This document shows positions 1-10,461 of a stretch of 64,000 bases of DNA, in pieces. The position numbers and the translations under genes are program-made. Numbering within the stretch: the stretch's first letter is position 1; each line of letters starts with the position of its first letter. The DNA comes from Desulfurococcaceae archaeon (GTDB lineage Archaea > Thermoproteota > Thermoprotei_A > Sulfolobales > Desulfurococcaceae), in the NCBI GenBank assembly GCA_038824035.1, contig JAWBBW010000001.1, forward strand, positions 64,001 to 128,000, in the 5' to 3' direction. The notes below the pieces were generated by a model. That model was not told where the DNA came from and searched no databases. It saw only the letters and a list, made by a program, of their open reading frames with translations.

Positions 1-40
1 AGAGAATGCCGATTGGTCAAAGAGAATTGAAATACCCATT

Positions 41-1543
41 GTGAAATGGGAAAACACGTGCAGAGTTCTTGTGGATGAGTTTGAGAGGGAATGTAGGACA
101 TTGCCCTATAGCTTATCAGCCGAGATCGATGGTAAGCCTCGCGTAGTTAACGATATAAGGGAGCTCAGAGAAGAGCGAGATCTAAGCGACAAGATTGTGG
201 TAATGAGATATCCGGGCAGGTACATTGATTTGAGAAAAACGATCTACACGGTATTGGCGAAATCGCCGGGCGCGTTAATACTTGTCACGGATAAACAGGG
301 CTTGTTGAGAATAAACACGGTGTTATCAACTCCTGGATTCACATATCGGCCCTCGGTTCCAGTGCCTATCCCAGTGATATGTGTTGACAAAGCACTAGGT
401 GAAATGATAAAGAGAGCTAATCGAGTGGTGGTGGAGACAAAATCGTCGATCAACGATGGAGAAGGCATGGTAGTCGTGGCGGGAATCAATGGGAGTGGAG
501 AGGACGAGATACATGTGACTTCTCATCATGATCACTGGTTCAAGGGGGTGGGTGGTTCATACGTGGGCTTATCAGCCCTTTTGAAATTATCTGAGAGAAT
601 TAAGAAAGATGATGCCAGTGGTTTACACAACATTGTCTTGATCTCGTACACTGCAAGGGATATTGGTGATAAACTATTCACAGAATATCACTACACGTGG
701 GGTGAGAGATATCTCCTAAAGATATTGGATAATAAAAAGAAACTGGAAAATGTGAAATACGCCGTGGCTATAGGGCCCATTTACCATGATAGGATCAATG
801 CTATCGCTCATCCATGTTTCGAGAGAGACCTCCGTGAAATGCTCAGAACCGGGTTTATAGACAAGATCAGCCGTAATCACGTATTTCACGAAAGTTTACC
901 ATATATTGAGAAAGGCATACCGGCCATAACATTGACGACTATTGATGACATTGCATTTGAAATACATAATTCAAACATGGATAACGAAGAAATCATTAAT
1001 TATGAATATCTTGTTGACAGAGTTGTGGAAATCGTGACAAAGTTAATAAAACTCTCCATACCTGACAAAGGCCTTGTCGCCAATACCGTGGAATACGTTA
1101 AGAGTGAATTAGAGGAAATACCGTTAGAGGCTAAGATCAGCGTTTCAAAGCTAATGGATATATCCATGGAAAGCCCGAGACGTGGTTTACATGCATTGAC
1201 GAGGATTGGATATGGGCTATTTTACTCCACGTGCCTAGATCGCGATGGCCACGATTTTACGTATGCCGGGTTATTTCCATGGATAGAGTTATTACATGGC
1301 ACTGAATCGGTCAGGAAAACGAGTGAATGCGACGAGGTGATCTTAGGCGATGTTGAGGGCTACGGTATATACCTGGTCAAAGGTGCGATAAGGAGTTTAG
1401 CTGTAGATTATTTATTTAATAAACTGACTGAAAGATATATTCATGAACTGGGCAATAGGGTTAACAGGTTTATAATGCAATTTCTCTGTGAAAAGACAAT
1501 ATGTGGTGAAACAAGTGGCGTTGAAAAGCATAATGATAGATAA
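41..1543 (+). CDS. M28-family peptidase-like protein (PA domain + M28 fold), probably degenerate; may start upstream of the window
   Basis: HVTSHHDHW resembles the M28 xAHxD motif, but the GAxDN and EE motifs are replaced by GGSYVG and ARDIG. Confidence 0.55.
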   Translation: MKWENTCRVLVDEFERECRTLPYSLSAEIDGKPRVVNDIRELREERDLSDKIVVMRYPGRYIDLRKTIYTVLAKSPGALILVTDKQGLLRINTVLSTPGFTYRPSVPVPIPVICVDKALGEMIKRANRVVVETKSSINDGEGMVVVAGINGSGEDEIHVTSHHDHWFKGVGGSYVGLSALLKLSERIKKDDASGLHNIVLISYTARDIGDKLFTEYHYTWGERYLLKILDNKKKLENVKYAVAIGPIYHDRINAIAHPCFERDLREMLRTGFIDKISRNHVFHESLPYIEKGIPAITLTTIDDIAFEIHNSNMDNEEIINYEYLVDRVVEIVTKLIKLSIPDKGLVANTVEYVKSELEEIPLEAKISVSKLMDISMESPRRGLHALTRIGYGLFYSTCLDRDGHDFTYAGLFPWIELLHGTESVRKTSECDEVILGDVEGYGIYLVKGAIRSLAVDYLFNKLTERYIHELGNRVNRFIMQFLCEKTICGETSGVEKHNDR

Positions 1544-2948
1544 ATACGAGAATTTCCCGGAATGGTATCACAAAGTGTTGAAAGAAGCCGATATAGTCGA
1601 CATAAGATACCCGGTCAAAGGGATGATAGTGTGGAAGCCATATGGGCTTAAAGCACTGAGATTGATCCAAAGAGAGATGACGAATCTACTGGAAAAAACA
1701 GGTCACGAGGAGGCATATTTCCCAACATTGATCCCGGAATCCGTTTTCTCCAAAGAAAGGGATTTCTTACAGGGTTTTGGAGGCGAGACATTCGTAATAG
1801 AGGGCACGGCTACCAAGAAACTTGGAGAGAGGTTTTTCGTGAGGCCTACAAGCGAGACAGCGATGTATTACATGTGGAGCCTTTGGATAAAGGGACGCAA
1901 AGACCTGCCCTTGAAACTATACCAAGTCGTTAACGTATTCAGATATGAGACAAAGATGACTCATCCAATACTGAGAGTCAGGGAAATCATGGGGTTTATA
2001 GAGGGTCATACAGCCCATGCCACGGCGGAGGAGGCTGAGGCACAGATCAAGGAGGCAATAGACATCTATAAGCAGTTCTTTGACAGATTACTGATACCGT
2101 ATTTCATAGTTAAGACCCCGCCTTGGGACACCTTTGCCGGTGCCGAGTATAATTACGATTTCATAACGGCTATGCCGGATGGAAAAGGCCTCGAACTTGG
2201 AAGCGTAATAAATCTTGGGCAAAAGTTCGCGAAGGCCTTTGACATAAAGTTCATGGATATAGATGGAAAAGTCAAATATGTGTATCAAACTTGTTATGGA
2301 ATAAGCGAGCGTGTATTGGGAGCCGTGATAGCTATTCACGGCGATGAGACGGGTTTATTTTTCCCACCAAGAATAGCTCCTATACAAGTAGTAATTGTCC
2401 CCATAATGAAGCCAGGCGAAAACGATATAGTGGATTACGCTGTTAAAGTGAAAAACTTCCTGGACAGTAATGGGATCAGGGTTCACATAGATGACGATCT
2501 TGAGCGAACACCTGGATGGAAATACTACTACTGGGAGATGAAAGGCGTGCCAACCAGGATAGAAATAGGTAGAAAAGAGCTAGAGACCAACACTGTTACA
2601 ATAGCTAGGCGCGATAAAGGGCCTAAGATAACTGTTCAATTAGATGAATTACTAAACTCCATTGAAAAAACATGGAGAGAGATAGAGCACTCATTGAGAA
2701 ACAGAGCGCTAGAACACTTGAAGAAAATGACTTCTTTCTTCGAGAAAGACAAAAGCGATTACAAAGGGCTTGTGATAGCGCCTTGGGATGGTTCACGTGA
2801 ATGCGCGGAATTGCTTGAGAAAGATACCGGTAAACCGCTACTTGGCGAGATCGTGGAATCGCCAATAGACCTTGGCAATCCACGTAATAACTCAATTTGT
2901 TCAAGTGGTGAGGCGAACAAGTACGCTCTTCTCGGAGTTACATATTGA
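1488..2948 (+). CDS. proS: Proline--tRNA ligase, archaeal/eukaryotic type (true start probably 1515 or 1533)
   Basis: YPVKG, RPTSET, FRYETK, EGHTAH, QTCYGISER motifs, C-terminal Y. Confidence 0.97.
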   Translation: MKRQYVVKQVALKSIMIDKYENFPEWYHKVLKEADIVDIRYPVKGMIVWKPYGLKALRLIQREMTNLLEKTGHEEAYFPTLIPESVFSKERDFLQGFGGETFVIEGTATKKLGERFFVRPTSETAMYYMWSLWIKGRKDLPLKLYQVVNVFRYETKMTHPILRVREIMGFIEGHTAHATAEEAEAQIKEAIDIYKQFFDRLLIPYFIVKTPPWDTFAGAEYNYDFITAMPDGKGLELGSVINLGQKFAKAFDIKFMDIDGKVKYVYQTCYGISERVLGAVIAIHGDETGLFFPPRIAPIQVVIVPIMKPGENDIVDYAVKVKNFLDSNGIRVHIDDDLERTPGWKYYYWEMKGVPTRIEIGRKELETNTVTIARRDKGPKITVQLDELLNSIEKTWREIEHSLRNRALEHLKKMTSFFEKDKSDYKGLVIAPWDGSRECAELLEKDTGKPLLGEIVESPIDLGNPRNNSICSSGEANKYALLGVTY

Positions 2949-3012
2949 TCTTGATTCCCTGAATTAAGTTTTTAACAGGGATATGAAATTATCTATGTCA
3001 GTGGTTATCTAG

Positions 3013-3267
3013 GTGAACTATATGAGTGAATATATAAAGCAATTGAAAATACAATTAGCTAGCAAGATAGAGGGGATCAGGTTTCAAGATATCTCGGGGC
3101 TAGAAGTCAATTTGCTGAAAGAGGGATTCCCGCCGATCAGGGTGAGAGACGAAAAAGAGTATGTGATCATCGCAATAGGCAACAACACATATAGATATGA
3201 TAAGTGGTATACGAAACCAGAGCACTTAGCAGAAACTCTCAAAGTATTTTACCAGAAACAAGGGTGA
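3013..3267 (+). CDS. Small hypothetical protein
   Basis: 84-aa ORF filling the intergenic gap, with an upstream GGTG SD-like sequence. Confidence 0.6.
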   Translation: MNYMSEYIKQLKIQLASKIEGIRFQDISGLEVNLLKEGFPPIRVRDEKEYVIIAIGNNTYRYDKWYTKPEHLAETLKVFYQKQG

Positions 3268-3289
3268 CTACATCCTAGTAAGCACAATG

Positions 3290-3979
3290 TTATTCGCTTT
3301 TTTTTTCCACGTGGAAACACCTATGGATCTTATAATAGGCCTCGAATTCCGAAAGATATATCCTCTCGCCATCAATGCTGATCCTATATTTGAATAAGGG
3401 CGCGTCCAAGACCAATGACTCAGCCTCACCGCCATCCAATGAGACATTGAAGCCGTATTTCCTCGAAAGCTTGATCAAGAGCTCTACGTCGTTTTCATCG
3501 ATCTCCTTGCCCAGCAATGCGTGAGGTATGCCCATCGACGTTATGGATATCAATGTGAACTTTATACCATCTCTCAGTAAACTCCTCACATATTCCTCTT
3601 GATTCAAACCCCAAAGCGGGTTGTATGTATTTAGTCCAACCCTCTTGGCGATCTCTGTAAACACCTGTCTCTGGTAATTACTTATAACAGCGCCCGTTAC
3701 CACGATCTCAACGTCATATTTCTCCTTGACTCTTTTCAGAATGGTTTCAAGCGCTTTTGCCTCGTTCGAGGGATCACTCACTCCGATTGTTTCAAGTGGT
3801 AGTGAAAGGGATTGTGATTGTGCACTGAGCACGTGGAAAACTGGCTGGTGATATAGCATTGAGTACTTGTAGAGCGGTATCACTGTTGTCAACGTTGCTA
3901 TTTTAAACCCCTTTTCCACTGCTTTGTGAAGCGCGTAGACAGAGTCCTTGCCCCCTGTGAATAACACGGTTGCTTTCAA
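3290..3979 (-). CDS. Diphthine--ammonia ligase family ATP pyrophosphatase (Dph6-like)
   Basis: LFTGGKDS PP-loop, YNPLWG, GGEAESLVLDAPLF. Confidence 0.85.
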   Translation of the reverse strand: MKATVLFTGGKDSVYALHKAVEKGFKIATLTTVIPLYKYSMLYHQPVFHVLSAQSQSLSLPLETIGVSDPSNEAKALETILKRVKEKYDVEIVVTGAVISNYQRQVFTEIAKRVGLNTYNPLWGLNQEEYVRSLLRDGIKFTLISITSMGIPHALLGKEIDENDVELLIKLSRKYGFNVSLDGGEAESLVLDAPLFKYRISIDGERIYLSEFEAYYKIHRCFHVEKKSE

Positions 3980-4036
3980 GTCTTTGGCCCCCTGGGTAAT
4001 AAGTATTGAAAAGGCGATTTAAACACAGGGAAAGAT

Positions 4037-4741
4037 ATGAAAATAAAAGTGGTGATCGACGATAAATCGATGTCGAAAAAGCTGATCTCCAAGCACGCGC
4101 TCTCTCTTTTCGTGGAGAGCGCGGATATCTACCTATTGTTCGACTTAGGAGTAGATGCGGGTTCATTGGCCCATAACATCAGGGCACTGGACATCGATAT
4201 TGGCATGGTGGATTACGTGGTGATTTCGCATGAACATGCACCACATTATGGGGGATACTCATATCTAGCCGAAGAGATACCGTTAGCTAGGATCCACATA
4301 CCTTATGGATCGATGGAATCACTGGGCCGGTTACTCGAGAGAAACGGGCTAAGACCGGTTGAGATGAGGGGATGGCTCAAAGTAGGCGAGGACGTGTTCA
4401 TAGTTGGGCCTTTCTTCGGACCTCCATACGAGCATTTCCTCGTAGTAGATCACGATAAGGGCCTTATCGTGGTAAGTGGGTGTATGCATCCAGGTGTATC
4501 CGTTTTGGAAAAGATCTTGGAGAAAATGCCCAAAGATATATATATGCTCATAGGTGGATTACACTTATCCAACGCACCGGACGATATATTGGATAGTCGA
4601 ATAGACATGTTGATCAATAGATATGGAGTGAAATACGTGGTGCCACTTCACTGCAGTGGTGAGAGGTTTATAAATAAATTGAGAGAAAGATATCGGGATA
4701 GATTACTTGAGGCGACAGGTGGTTCCGTGATCACAGTTTAA
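4037..4741 (+). CDS. MBL-fold metallo-hydrolase
   Basis: LFDLG, SHEHAPHYGG, GCMHPG, GGLHL, PLHCSG. Confidence 0.85.
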   Translation: MKIKVVIDDKSMSKKLISKHALSLFVESADIYLLFDLGVDAGSLAHNIRALDIDIGMVDYVVISHEHAPHYGGYSYLAEEIPLARIHIPYGSMESLGRLLERNGLRPVEMRGWLKVGEDVFIVGPFFGPPYEHFLVVDHDKGLIVVSGCMHPGVSVLEKILEKMPKDIYMLIGGLHLSNAPDDILDSRIDMLINRYGVKYVVPLHCSGERFINKLRERYRDRLLEATGGSVITV

Positions 4742-4754
4742 CGACTTACAGTAT

Positions 4755-5114
4755 CTAACTAGAACGCTCTATAAGTTTCTCTAATTTGAACTCCAATGTG
4801 TTTTCCCCTCTATGAGCCCTGTAGAGGGCATATAACACCGGTTCATCAGATTTTTGCTCATAGATCCCGATTACTAGTAGTTCTTCGCAAAACCTCTCAT
4901 TGGGGAATAATTCACATCCCCTGTTCTCTAAGAAAGACGCTTCTAGGCCATATGGCTCAAGTGTCTCTGACAACATTATAGACAACCTTTCTTTTAACAT
5001 GTCGAGTAATAGGTCCATGAATTCTCTATAGGCCCATCCACTGCCCCCTTCAACCATGATCCTGATGTTCAACAATCTCCTAAGGACCGAAATGTCAATG
5101 CTCACCGCGCTCAC
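4755..5114 (-). CDS. Hypothetical protein
   Basis: 119-aa ORF overlapping the Nudix stop, operon-like. Confidence 0.65.
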   Translation of the reverse strand: MSAVSIDISVLRRLLNIRIMVEGGSGWAYREFMDLLLDMLKERLSIMLSETLEPYGLEASFLENRGCELFPNERFCEELLVIGIYEQKSDEPVLYALYRAHRGENTLEFKLEKLIERSS

Positions 5115-5640
5115 CGTGTTTGCTCAAGTATAGCAATATGAGGAGGGCTGTTTTCATATCGCGTATCTCGTTTTCGATCACCATTCGATATGCCTCCTTT
5201 ATGTTCACTTTGAACGTCCTTATTATCTCGTATTTCTCGGGCCTGGCCCCCTTGTACACTAAGTCCTTGGCATAGAAGAAATGCAATAACTCGGTGCTGT
5301 AACCTGGGGCCGGCGTGAACTCCCCTATTTTAACTAATTTACCTGGGTAATAACCTGTCTCCTCTAAGAGCTCTCGATACGCTGCCTCCTCTGGTGATTC
5401 ACCGCTATCTATGACTCCGGCTGGTGCCTCGATTATGAAGTCGTTTAATGGCGCCCTGAATTGCCTTATCAAGAGCACTTCTTCCTCACTTATAAACGGC
5501 AAGACCACGACTGCTTGTGGAAACACGACTATATCTCTTTCAAATATACCGTTATCCGCTTTTTCATATAATCTCCTGACCACGTTGAATCTCAACCCCT
5601 TGTACAGTGTCTTTTCCTCGATCAACCTAGGTGAATCCAA
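5095..5640 (-). CDS. NUDIX hydrolase (ADP-ribose pyrophosphatase-like)
   Basis: Nudix box GVIDSGESPEEAAYRELLEETGY; start reassigned to TTG 5640 after GAGGCGA because the longer ORF overlaps the endonuclease IV gene. Confidence 0.9.
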   Translation of the reverse strand: MDSPRLIEEKTLYKGLRFNVVRRLYEKADNGIFERDIVVFPQAVVVLPFISEEEVLLIRQFRAPLNDFIIEAPAGVIDSGESPEEAAYRELLEETGYYPGKLVKIGEFTPAPGYSTELLHFFYAKDLVYKGARPEKYEIIRTFKVNIKEAYRMVIENEIRDMKTALLILLYLSKHGERGEH

Positions 5641-5686
5641 GCTAATCGCCTCGCTAATAAATAGGAAAGTCCAAGTATAATAACTC

Positions 5687-6565
5687 ATGGTGAGGGCTTT
5701 GCCCAGGTTCTGGTTTGGGCCAGCTGGGAAGCCTATAACGATGAAAACAGGTGATATATTGAAAGCACCGGCTTTTCTCAGAGAACTTGGATTAAACGCC
5801 ATGGAGTATGAGGCGGTGAGAGGTGTGAATATAAAAGAGGACAAGGCTAGGGCATTTGGAGCAGAGGCCCGTGTAAACGGCATAAAGCTCAGTCTACACG
5901 CGCCTTATTTCATAAATATGGCAGGTAAAAAGGACGTCGTGGAGGGGAGTATTAAGAGGCTCAAGGACTCAGTAGATGCTGCCTATTGGATGGAGGCATA
6001 TGTGGTGGTTTTCCACCCGGGTTATTACAGGGATGCGCCATCCAAGAAAGATGCTGTTAAAAAAGTGATAGAAAACCTCAAACCTGTAATTGAGCATAGG
6101 GACCAGATCGGTGCAAGAAACGTGTGGCTCGGCCCGGAGACAACTGGTAAGACAAGCCAAGTCGGCAGTCTCGAAGAGGTGATTTTGATATCGAGTTCCC
6201 TTGAAAGGGTTAGACCTGTGATCGACTTTGCCCATCTCTACGCGAGAAGTGGGGGCAGGTTCATCACGAAACCCGGGGACGTGGGGTTGGTCATAGACAT
6301 GGTGGAAAAAGAGCTAGGGTCAGAGGTGTTGAAACCATTGCACATACACTTCTCCAAGATAGAGTATGGTAAAGGAGGTGAGAGAGAACACCATACACTG
6401 GGGGAGGAGGGTTTTGGACCCGATTTCAGAATTATATGCAGGGTTCTCTGCGAAAGAGGAGTGGACTCGGTTATAATTAGTGAGAGCCCTGTGTTAGAAC
6501 AGGATGCTATAGTTATGATGGGTTATTGCAAGGAAATATGTGGTGAGAATTGTATTGTTGAATAA
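5687..6565 (+). CDS. nfo: Endonuclease IV / AP endonuclease (TIM barrel)
   Basis: SLHAPYFIN, FHPG, PETTGK, IDFAH, HIHFS, GEREHH, ISESP. Confidence 0.9.
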   Translation: MVRALPRFWFGPAGKPITMKTGDILKAPAFLRELGLNAMEYEAVRGVNIKEDKARAFGAEARVNGIKLSLHAPYFINMAGKKDVVEGSIKRLKDSVDAAYWMEAYVVVFHPGYYRDAPSKKDAVKKVIENLKPVIEHRDQIGARNVWLGPETTGKTSQVGSLEEVILISSSLERVRPVIDFAHLYARSGGRFITKPGDVGLVIDMVEKELGSEVLKPLHIHFSKIEYGKGGEREHHTLGEEGFGPDFRIICRVLCERGVDSVIISESPVLEQDAIVMMGYCKEICGENCIVE

Positions 6566-7133
6566 GCTAAGGAATAAGCTAGATGCCTTCATGGGCAAAT
6601 TGGCGTTGAAAATTGCAGGGTCATGTATACCCGTAGATCCAAACGCGATCACCATTTCCTCGTTGATAATACTACTCGTGGGATTGGCTTTATTGCTCTT
6701 GACTGGTGCATCAGTTGTTTTCTCACTATTCATATTGATATCTGGATTCATGGATGTACTGGATGGGGCTATTGCGCGGGCAATGAACAAGGTGTCTATG
6801 AAAGGGGCTTTCCTAGACTCCACTATAGATAAGGTCAATGAGATTATAATAGCTATGGCACTCCTATACCTGGGATTTGACCCCATAGCGGTCTTGCTTT
6901 TCCTAGCACTATCACTGTTGATCAGCTATATACGGGCTAGGGCGGAGGCACTTAAACTCGTGATCAGCGGTATCGGGTTAATGGAGAGAGCTGAGAGGTT
7001 AATAGGGATCGTGGCGATACTGGTGATCAACACGTTTAATCACGATGTAGCTTCATTGATGCTTTATGTGCTCCTCGTGTTAATGGCCTTCACGGTCATA
7101 GAGAGAATGGTGTTTGTCCTTAAAAGGATCTAG
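6540..7133 (+). CDS. CDP-alcohol phosphatidyltransferase (likely archaetidylinositol phosphate synthase)
   Basis: DVLDGAIAR...GAFLDSTID signature, SYIRARAE, GLMERAER. Confidence 0.9.
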   Translation: MVRIVLLNKLRNKLDAFMGKLALKIAGSCIPVDPNAITISSLIILLVGLALLLLTGASVVFSLFILISGFMDVLDGAIARAMNKVSMKGAFLDSTIDKVNEIIIAMALLYLGFDPIAVLLFLALSLLISYIRARAEALKLVISGIGLMERAERLIGIVAILVINTFNHDVASLMLYVLLVLMAFTVIERMVFVLKRI

Positions 7134-9184
7134 CCAGTCAACGCTGACAAGTCGTAATGGCCTATAAGGGGTAATGGCGTCTTAAACGTGACATAGCCTA
7201 GTCTTAATACATGGCTTTTCATAACACCGACTCTATCACCAGCCCTTGTCACAAAATCCCTGTATTCACTTGGCAAATCCAGTTGTGCTAGATGCGTTTT
7301 ATCAGTTCTCAGAACTATCTTGGTGTTTGTCAATTGAAGTATTATGTCATGGACATCCTTTGGGCTATGTGTACTGAAAACCAATCCCAGTCTTCGAGAC
7401 CTGCCAAGCCTGGCTATTCTATCGATCATGCTGGACACATTCTCTATGTAATCCTCTATACCCGTTTTAGATGGGAAAAACCTATGTGCCTCATCTATGA
7501 ATATTATGACTGGTTGTGTCTCAAATCTAAGCCTACTCTGTAATAATTTCCACTCAAATATCTTGTTCAATACCCTGAACGCGACTATGCTAATGGTTTT
7601 CTCGGGATCGGCTTGAGAGTGTATTTGCAGATATTCAAGGTCAGCTATTATAGGGTAGCCATTGAATAGCTCGAAATGTCTTTCCAATATTCTATCCAAT
7701 GGTGGTTCATGGAGGTATTTATCCTCGCCATGCCCTTTTATGTACACATCGAATATGCCAGTATCTATTATCGCTGCGATCTGCCTGATCATGTTTTCCA
7801 AAGTGCTCTTATGAATTGCCATCTCCTTTATTATTTCAACTACGTATTCCTTGTTAGGGTCCAGTATCAGTCCTCTCGTTTTTTCGCGTTTATCTTCTAT
7901 CCTGGCCCTGGACTCTCTCAATGCCTCGTATAAGTCGTAGACAGTCTCTATGTATGCGTTTTTCTCCCTGAGCGCGTGTAGAAGCCTGAGTAAGGCGTCC
8001 TTGGCCTGCCTGGTGAAATAAGGATTCAACGAAATGAACTCCTTTGGCTTAAAATCAGTGAATCTGAGCGCGTATGGGACTATGTAATATGTGACCTCAT
8101 CCTCCACGTTATTGCCATAGTCTATCGAGACGACTATTTTGACGAATCTCAAAGGAGCATCAGGGGCTGGCTCCTCAACGACATCTATCTCTTTTAATTC
8201 ATATTTCCAGTTGAAACGGGACATTATTGGTGATAATACGGAGTCGAGGTAATTTACTGCTATTAATTTCAACAATTTAGCCCATGTACTACATGTCTCT
8301 ACATACTCCGATATGGCACTCCTCGTTATTGGAAGTATTATTACGACCCCTCTGACCCCCTTAGATTGATCCAAGGTCTTCATGGCCAGTTTGACTTCTT
8401 CCTCGTGAGCCGTGTTCTTCAAGAGCCATAGTGGTTTAAGTGGTAATGTCACGTAATCCTTGTTGGGGTCGATAGTTACTAATGAAATCCTTTTCTCCTC
8501 TACTCCATGACCAGATATCGCTGAATAAATCATGTTTTTCAACAAAGTCGTTTTCCCACTACCAGTAGTGCCTAGGACCAATACATGTTGATAAAAAGCC
8601 CTGAGAGGTAGGAAAAGCGGTGCATTGGCATCGAAAACCGGTATATCGCCGGTGGTGACATATCCTAGGAAAACACCTTTTTCAGGTAAACCCAGGACTT
8701 TTTGTATGACATTTGGATCCCTTAACTTTATAACAGGGCTTTGAGGCTCTATCACATAGTTCGCCGCTATTACTTCATCGGTGTTTAAATCATATGCTAA
8801 CAATGGCTTGGCCTTGATCCTAGTTTTTGTCAATAGACCAGAGACCTCTGATAATGGCAAGGACATGTACATATCAGGTAGGTTTAGTTCAGCCAAGATA
8901 TCTCTTCGCTCAACACTCACGACCTTGACGCTGACGAGGTTAAGGGTCTTTATATCTATGACACCAAGTATACTGCCCGACTGGGCCAGGTTCTGGAAAT
9001 TCGAGAAATAGATCACGGGGTCTATGTCGAATATTACGTAACCACCTTCCTCATCGATCAATGATGGACTGGTCCTAGATACAAAGCCAACTACTTCACC
9101 TAACTTATTCGCCAATTCCATTGATTTACTAGCCCTTTCTCTCAGGGATTTCAAGACATCGTTAGAGGACAAGTGTTCCACCAT
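7130..9184 (-). CDS. HerA/FtsK-family ATPase
   Basis: HVLVLGTTGSGKT Walker A, IFIDEAHRF Walker B, ARLGR arginine finger, N-terminal HAS-barrel-like region. Confidence 0.9.
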   Translation of the reverse strand: MVEHLSSNDVLKSLRERASKSMELANKLGEVVGFVSRTSPSLIDEEGGYVIFDIDPVIYFSNFQNLAQSGSILGVIDIKTLNLVSVKVVSVERRDILAELNLPDMYMSLPLSEVSGLLTKTRIKAKPLLAYDLNTDEVIAANYVIEPQSPVIKLRDPNVIQKVLGLPEKGVFLGYVTTGDIPVFDANAPLFLPLRAFYQHVLVLGTTGSGKTTLLKNMIYSAISGHGVEEKRISLVTIDPNKDYVTLPLKPLWLLKNTAHEEEVKLAMKTLDQSKGVRGVVIILPITRSAISEYVETCSTWAKLLKLIAVNYLDSVLSPIMSRFNWKYELKEIDVVEEPAPDAPLRFVKIVVSIDYGNNVEDEVTYYIVPYALRFTDFKPKEFISLNPYFTRQAKDALLRLLHALREKNAYIETVYDLYEALRESRARIEDKREKTRGLILDPNKEYVVEIIKEMAIHKSTLENMIRQIAAIIDTGIFDVYIKGHGEDKYLHEPPLDRILERHFELFNGYPIIADLEYLQIHSQADPEKTISIVAFRVLNKIFEWKLLQSRLRFETQPVIIFIDEAHRFFPSKTGIEDYIENVSSMIDRIARLGRSRRLGLVFSTHSPKDVHDIILQLTNTKIVLRTDKTHLAQLDLPSEYRDFVTRAGDRVGVMKSHVLRLGYVTFKTPLPLIGHYDLSALTG

Positions 9185-9213
9185 GTTGTTTTAATAGGGT
9201 ATTTAAAAGTTAT

Positions 9214-10386
9214 TTATGCAATGCTGATGTATTGCATCGTGGATTCGCGGGATAAGCCGGCGAGGTATAATATATACGTCATTATGGCATTTGTCAATTT
9301 CTTAACCCTTTGATCCACTGCTATTATGCTTAAGGGGAGCAATGTACCCGCGTTGACGCTATCATAAGCTATAACCCCTATTACAAAGTCCTCGTCTATT
9401 CCCTTGTCTAAAACCTCGATCCTGTAAAACACATAATTACCCATGTTCATTGCTGGGAACAGCCTTCTGGGCATAGCTATATACCAGATCACCCTATTCA
9501 CGCCATATTCATGCCTATGCTTTATCAAGAAAGGCCCTATCACCAATGGCTCATATCTGGCTTCATTTCTCTGCATTATATACGAGGCTATGTATGCCTC
9601 GTCGTTTATTCTGCCACTGGCTAATCCCATCGGATCTAGTGTAGACAACAAGTAGCTTCTATGAAGCCTCTTGACCACGCCGATCACTAGTACTCGGTTT
9701 TCATGTAGCTTGTCTATCAACATTGCTCTTTCCTTGTTCACTTTTCTAAGGCTATTCATGTACAAGTGTTGCTTTTCATAGTCAGAACCGGGGAATTCCA
9801 ATGGCAATGGATATATCAATGGACCATCAATCAATAGAACTGAGCTAGCTTCTCCTCTTTTCTCCAAAAATATTTTCAAAAGGCTATTCTCGATCATCAG
9901 GCGAAGTTCTGTGAGCAAGATATTCCTATTATAACTAGGCGTGTATACCACGCCTTCTGGGTTTGAGCAAATGACATGGCTCGTTTTCTCACGTAGTTTT
10001 GAAATATCATAGCCCTCCACTTCTGGTATGATCACAATATGTCCGTGAGGGGGCTCTTCTAGCCCTAGAATGGAATTTATGCTAGGGATATCCATGCTCG
10101 CCCCAGTGAAGCGATTAAGCACGCTACCGGCCCCTATGCCTATGAAAACATATGGTGTTTCAAGCACCCTTGAACTGCTATCAAGTGCGTATAATTGATC
10201 TGTGAAGATGTCGCTAAACTGTCTATTAATCGTCTTTACGTATTTCTCATCCATGATGTCCACTTGTTGCGGGTTTGTGTATTCGACGAGCTCTACGTTG
10301 ATATTCGCGGCCTCATCTCTCTTCAACCTATGTCCTTCGATCACTCTATTCCGGAGATCCTCCATGATCTCTGCTATTGTTTTCAA
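9214..10386 (-). CDS. NurA-family nuclease
   Basis: ALDSSS, ELRLMIEN, LIDGPL, IGVVKR and C-terminal PLSIIAVD motifs; directly upstream of herA. Confidence 0.8.
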   Translation of the reverse strand: MKTIAEIMEDLRNRVIEGHRLKRDEAANINVELVEYTNPQQVDIMDEKYVKTINRQFSDIFTDQLYALDSSSRVLETPYVFIGIGAGSVLNRFTGASMDIPSINSILGLEEPPHGHIVIIPEVEGYDISKLREKTSHVICSNPEGVVYTPSYNRNILLTELRLMIENSLLKIFLEKRGEASSVLLIDGPLIYPLPLEFPGSDYEKQHLYMNSLRKVNKERAMLIDKLHENRVLVIGVVKRLHRSYLLSTLDPMGLASGRINDEAYIASYIMQRNEARYEPLVIGPFLIKHRHEYGVNRVIWYIAMPRRLFPAMNMGNYVFYRIEVLDKGIDEDFVIGVIAYDSVNAGTLLPLSIIAVDQRVKKLTNAIMTYILYLAGLSRESTMQYISIA

Positions 10387-10461
10387 GATTAACCCCTATC
10401 CACTTAGACAACTCTTAATTAGCCTACTAAATCTCTATACAATTTCAGGGGTGCTTATAAC

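Noticed and set aside
5641-5883. N-terminal extension of the Nudix ORF
   Set aside because: Antisense overlap with endonuclease IV; TTG 5640 has an SD-like sequence
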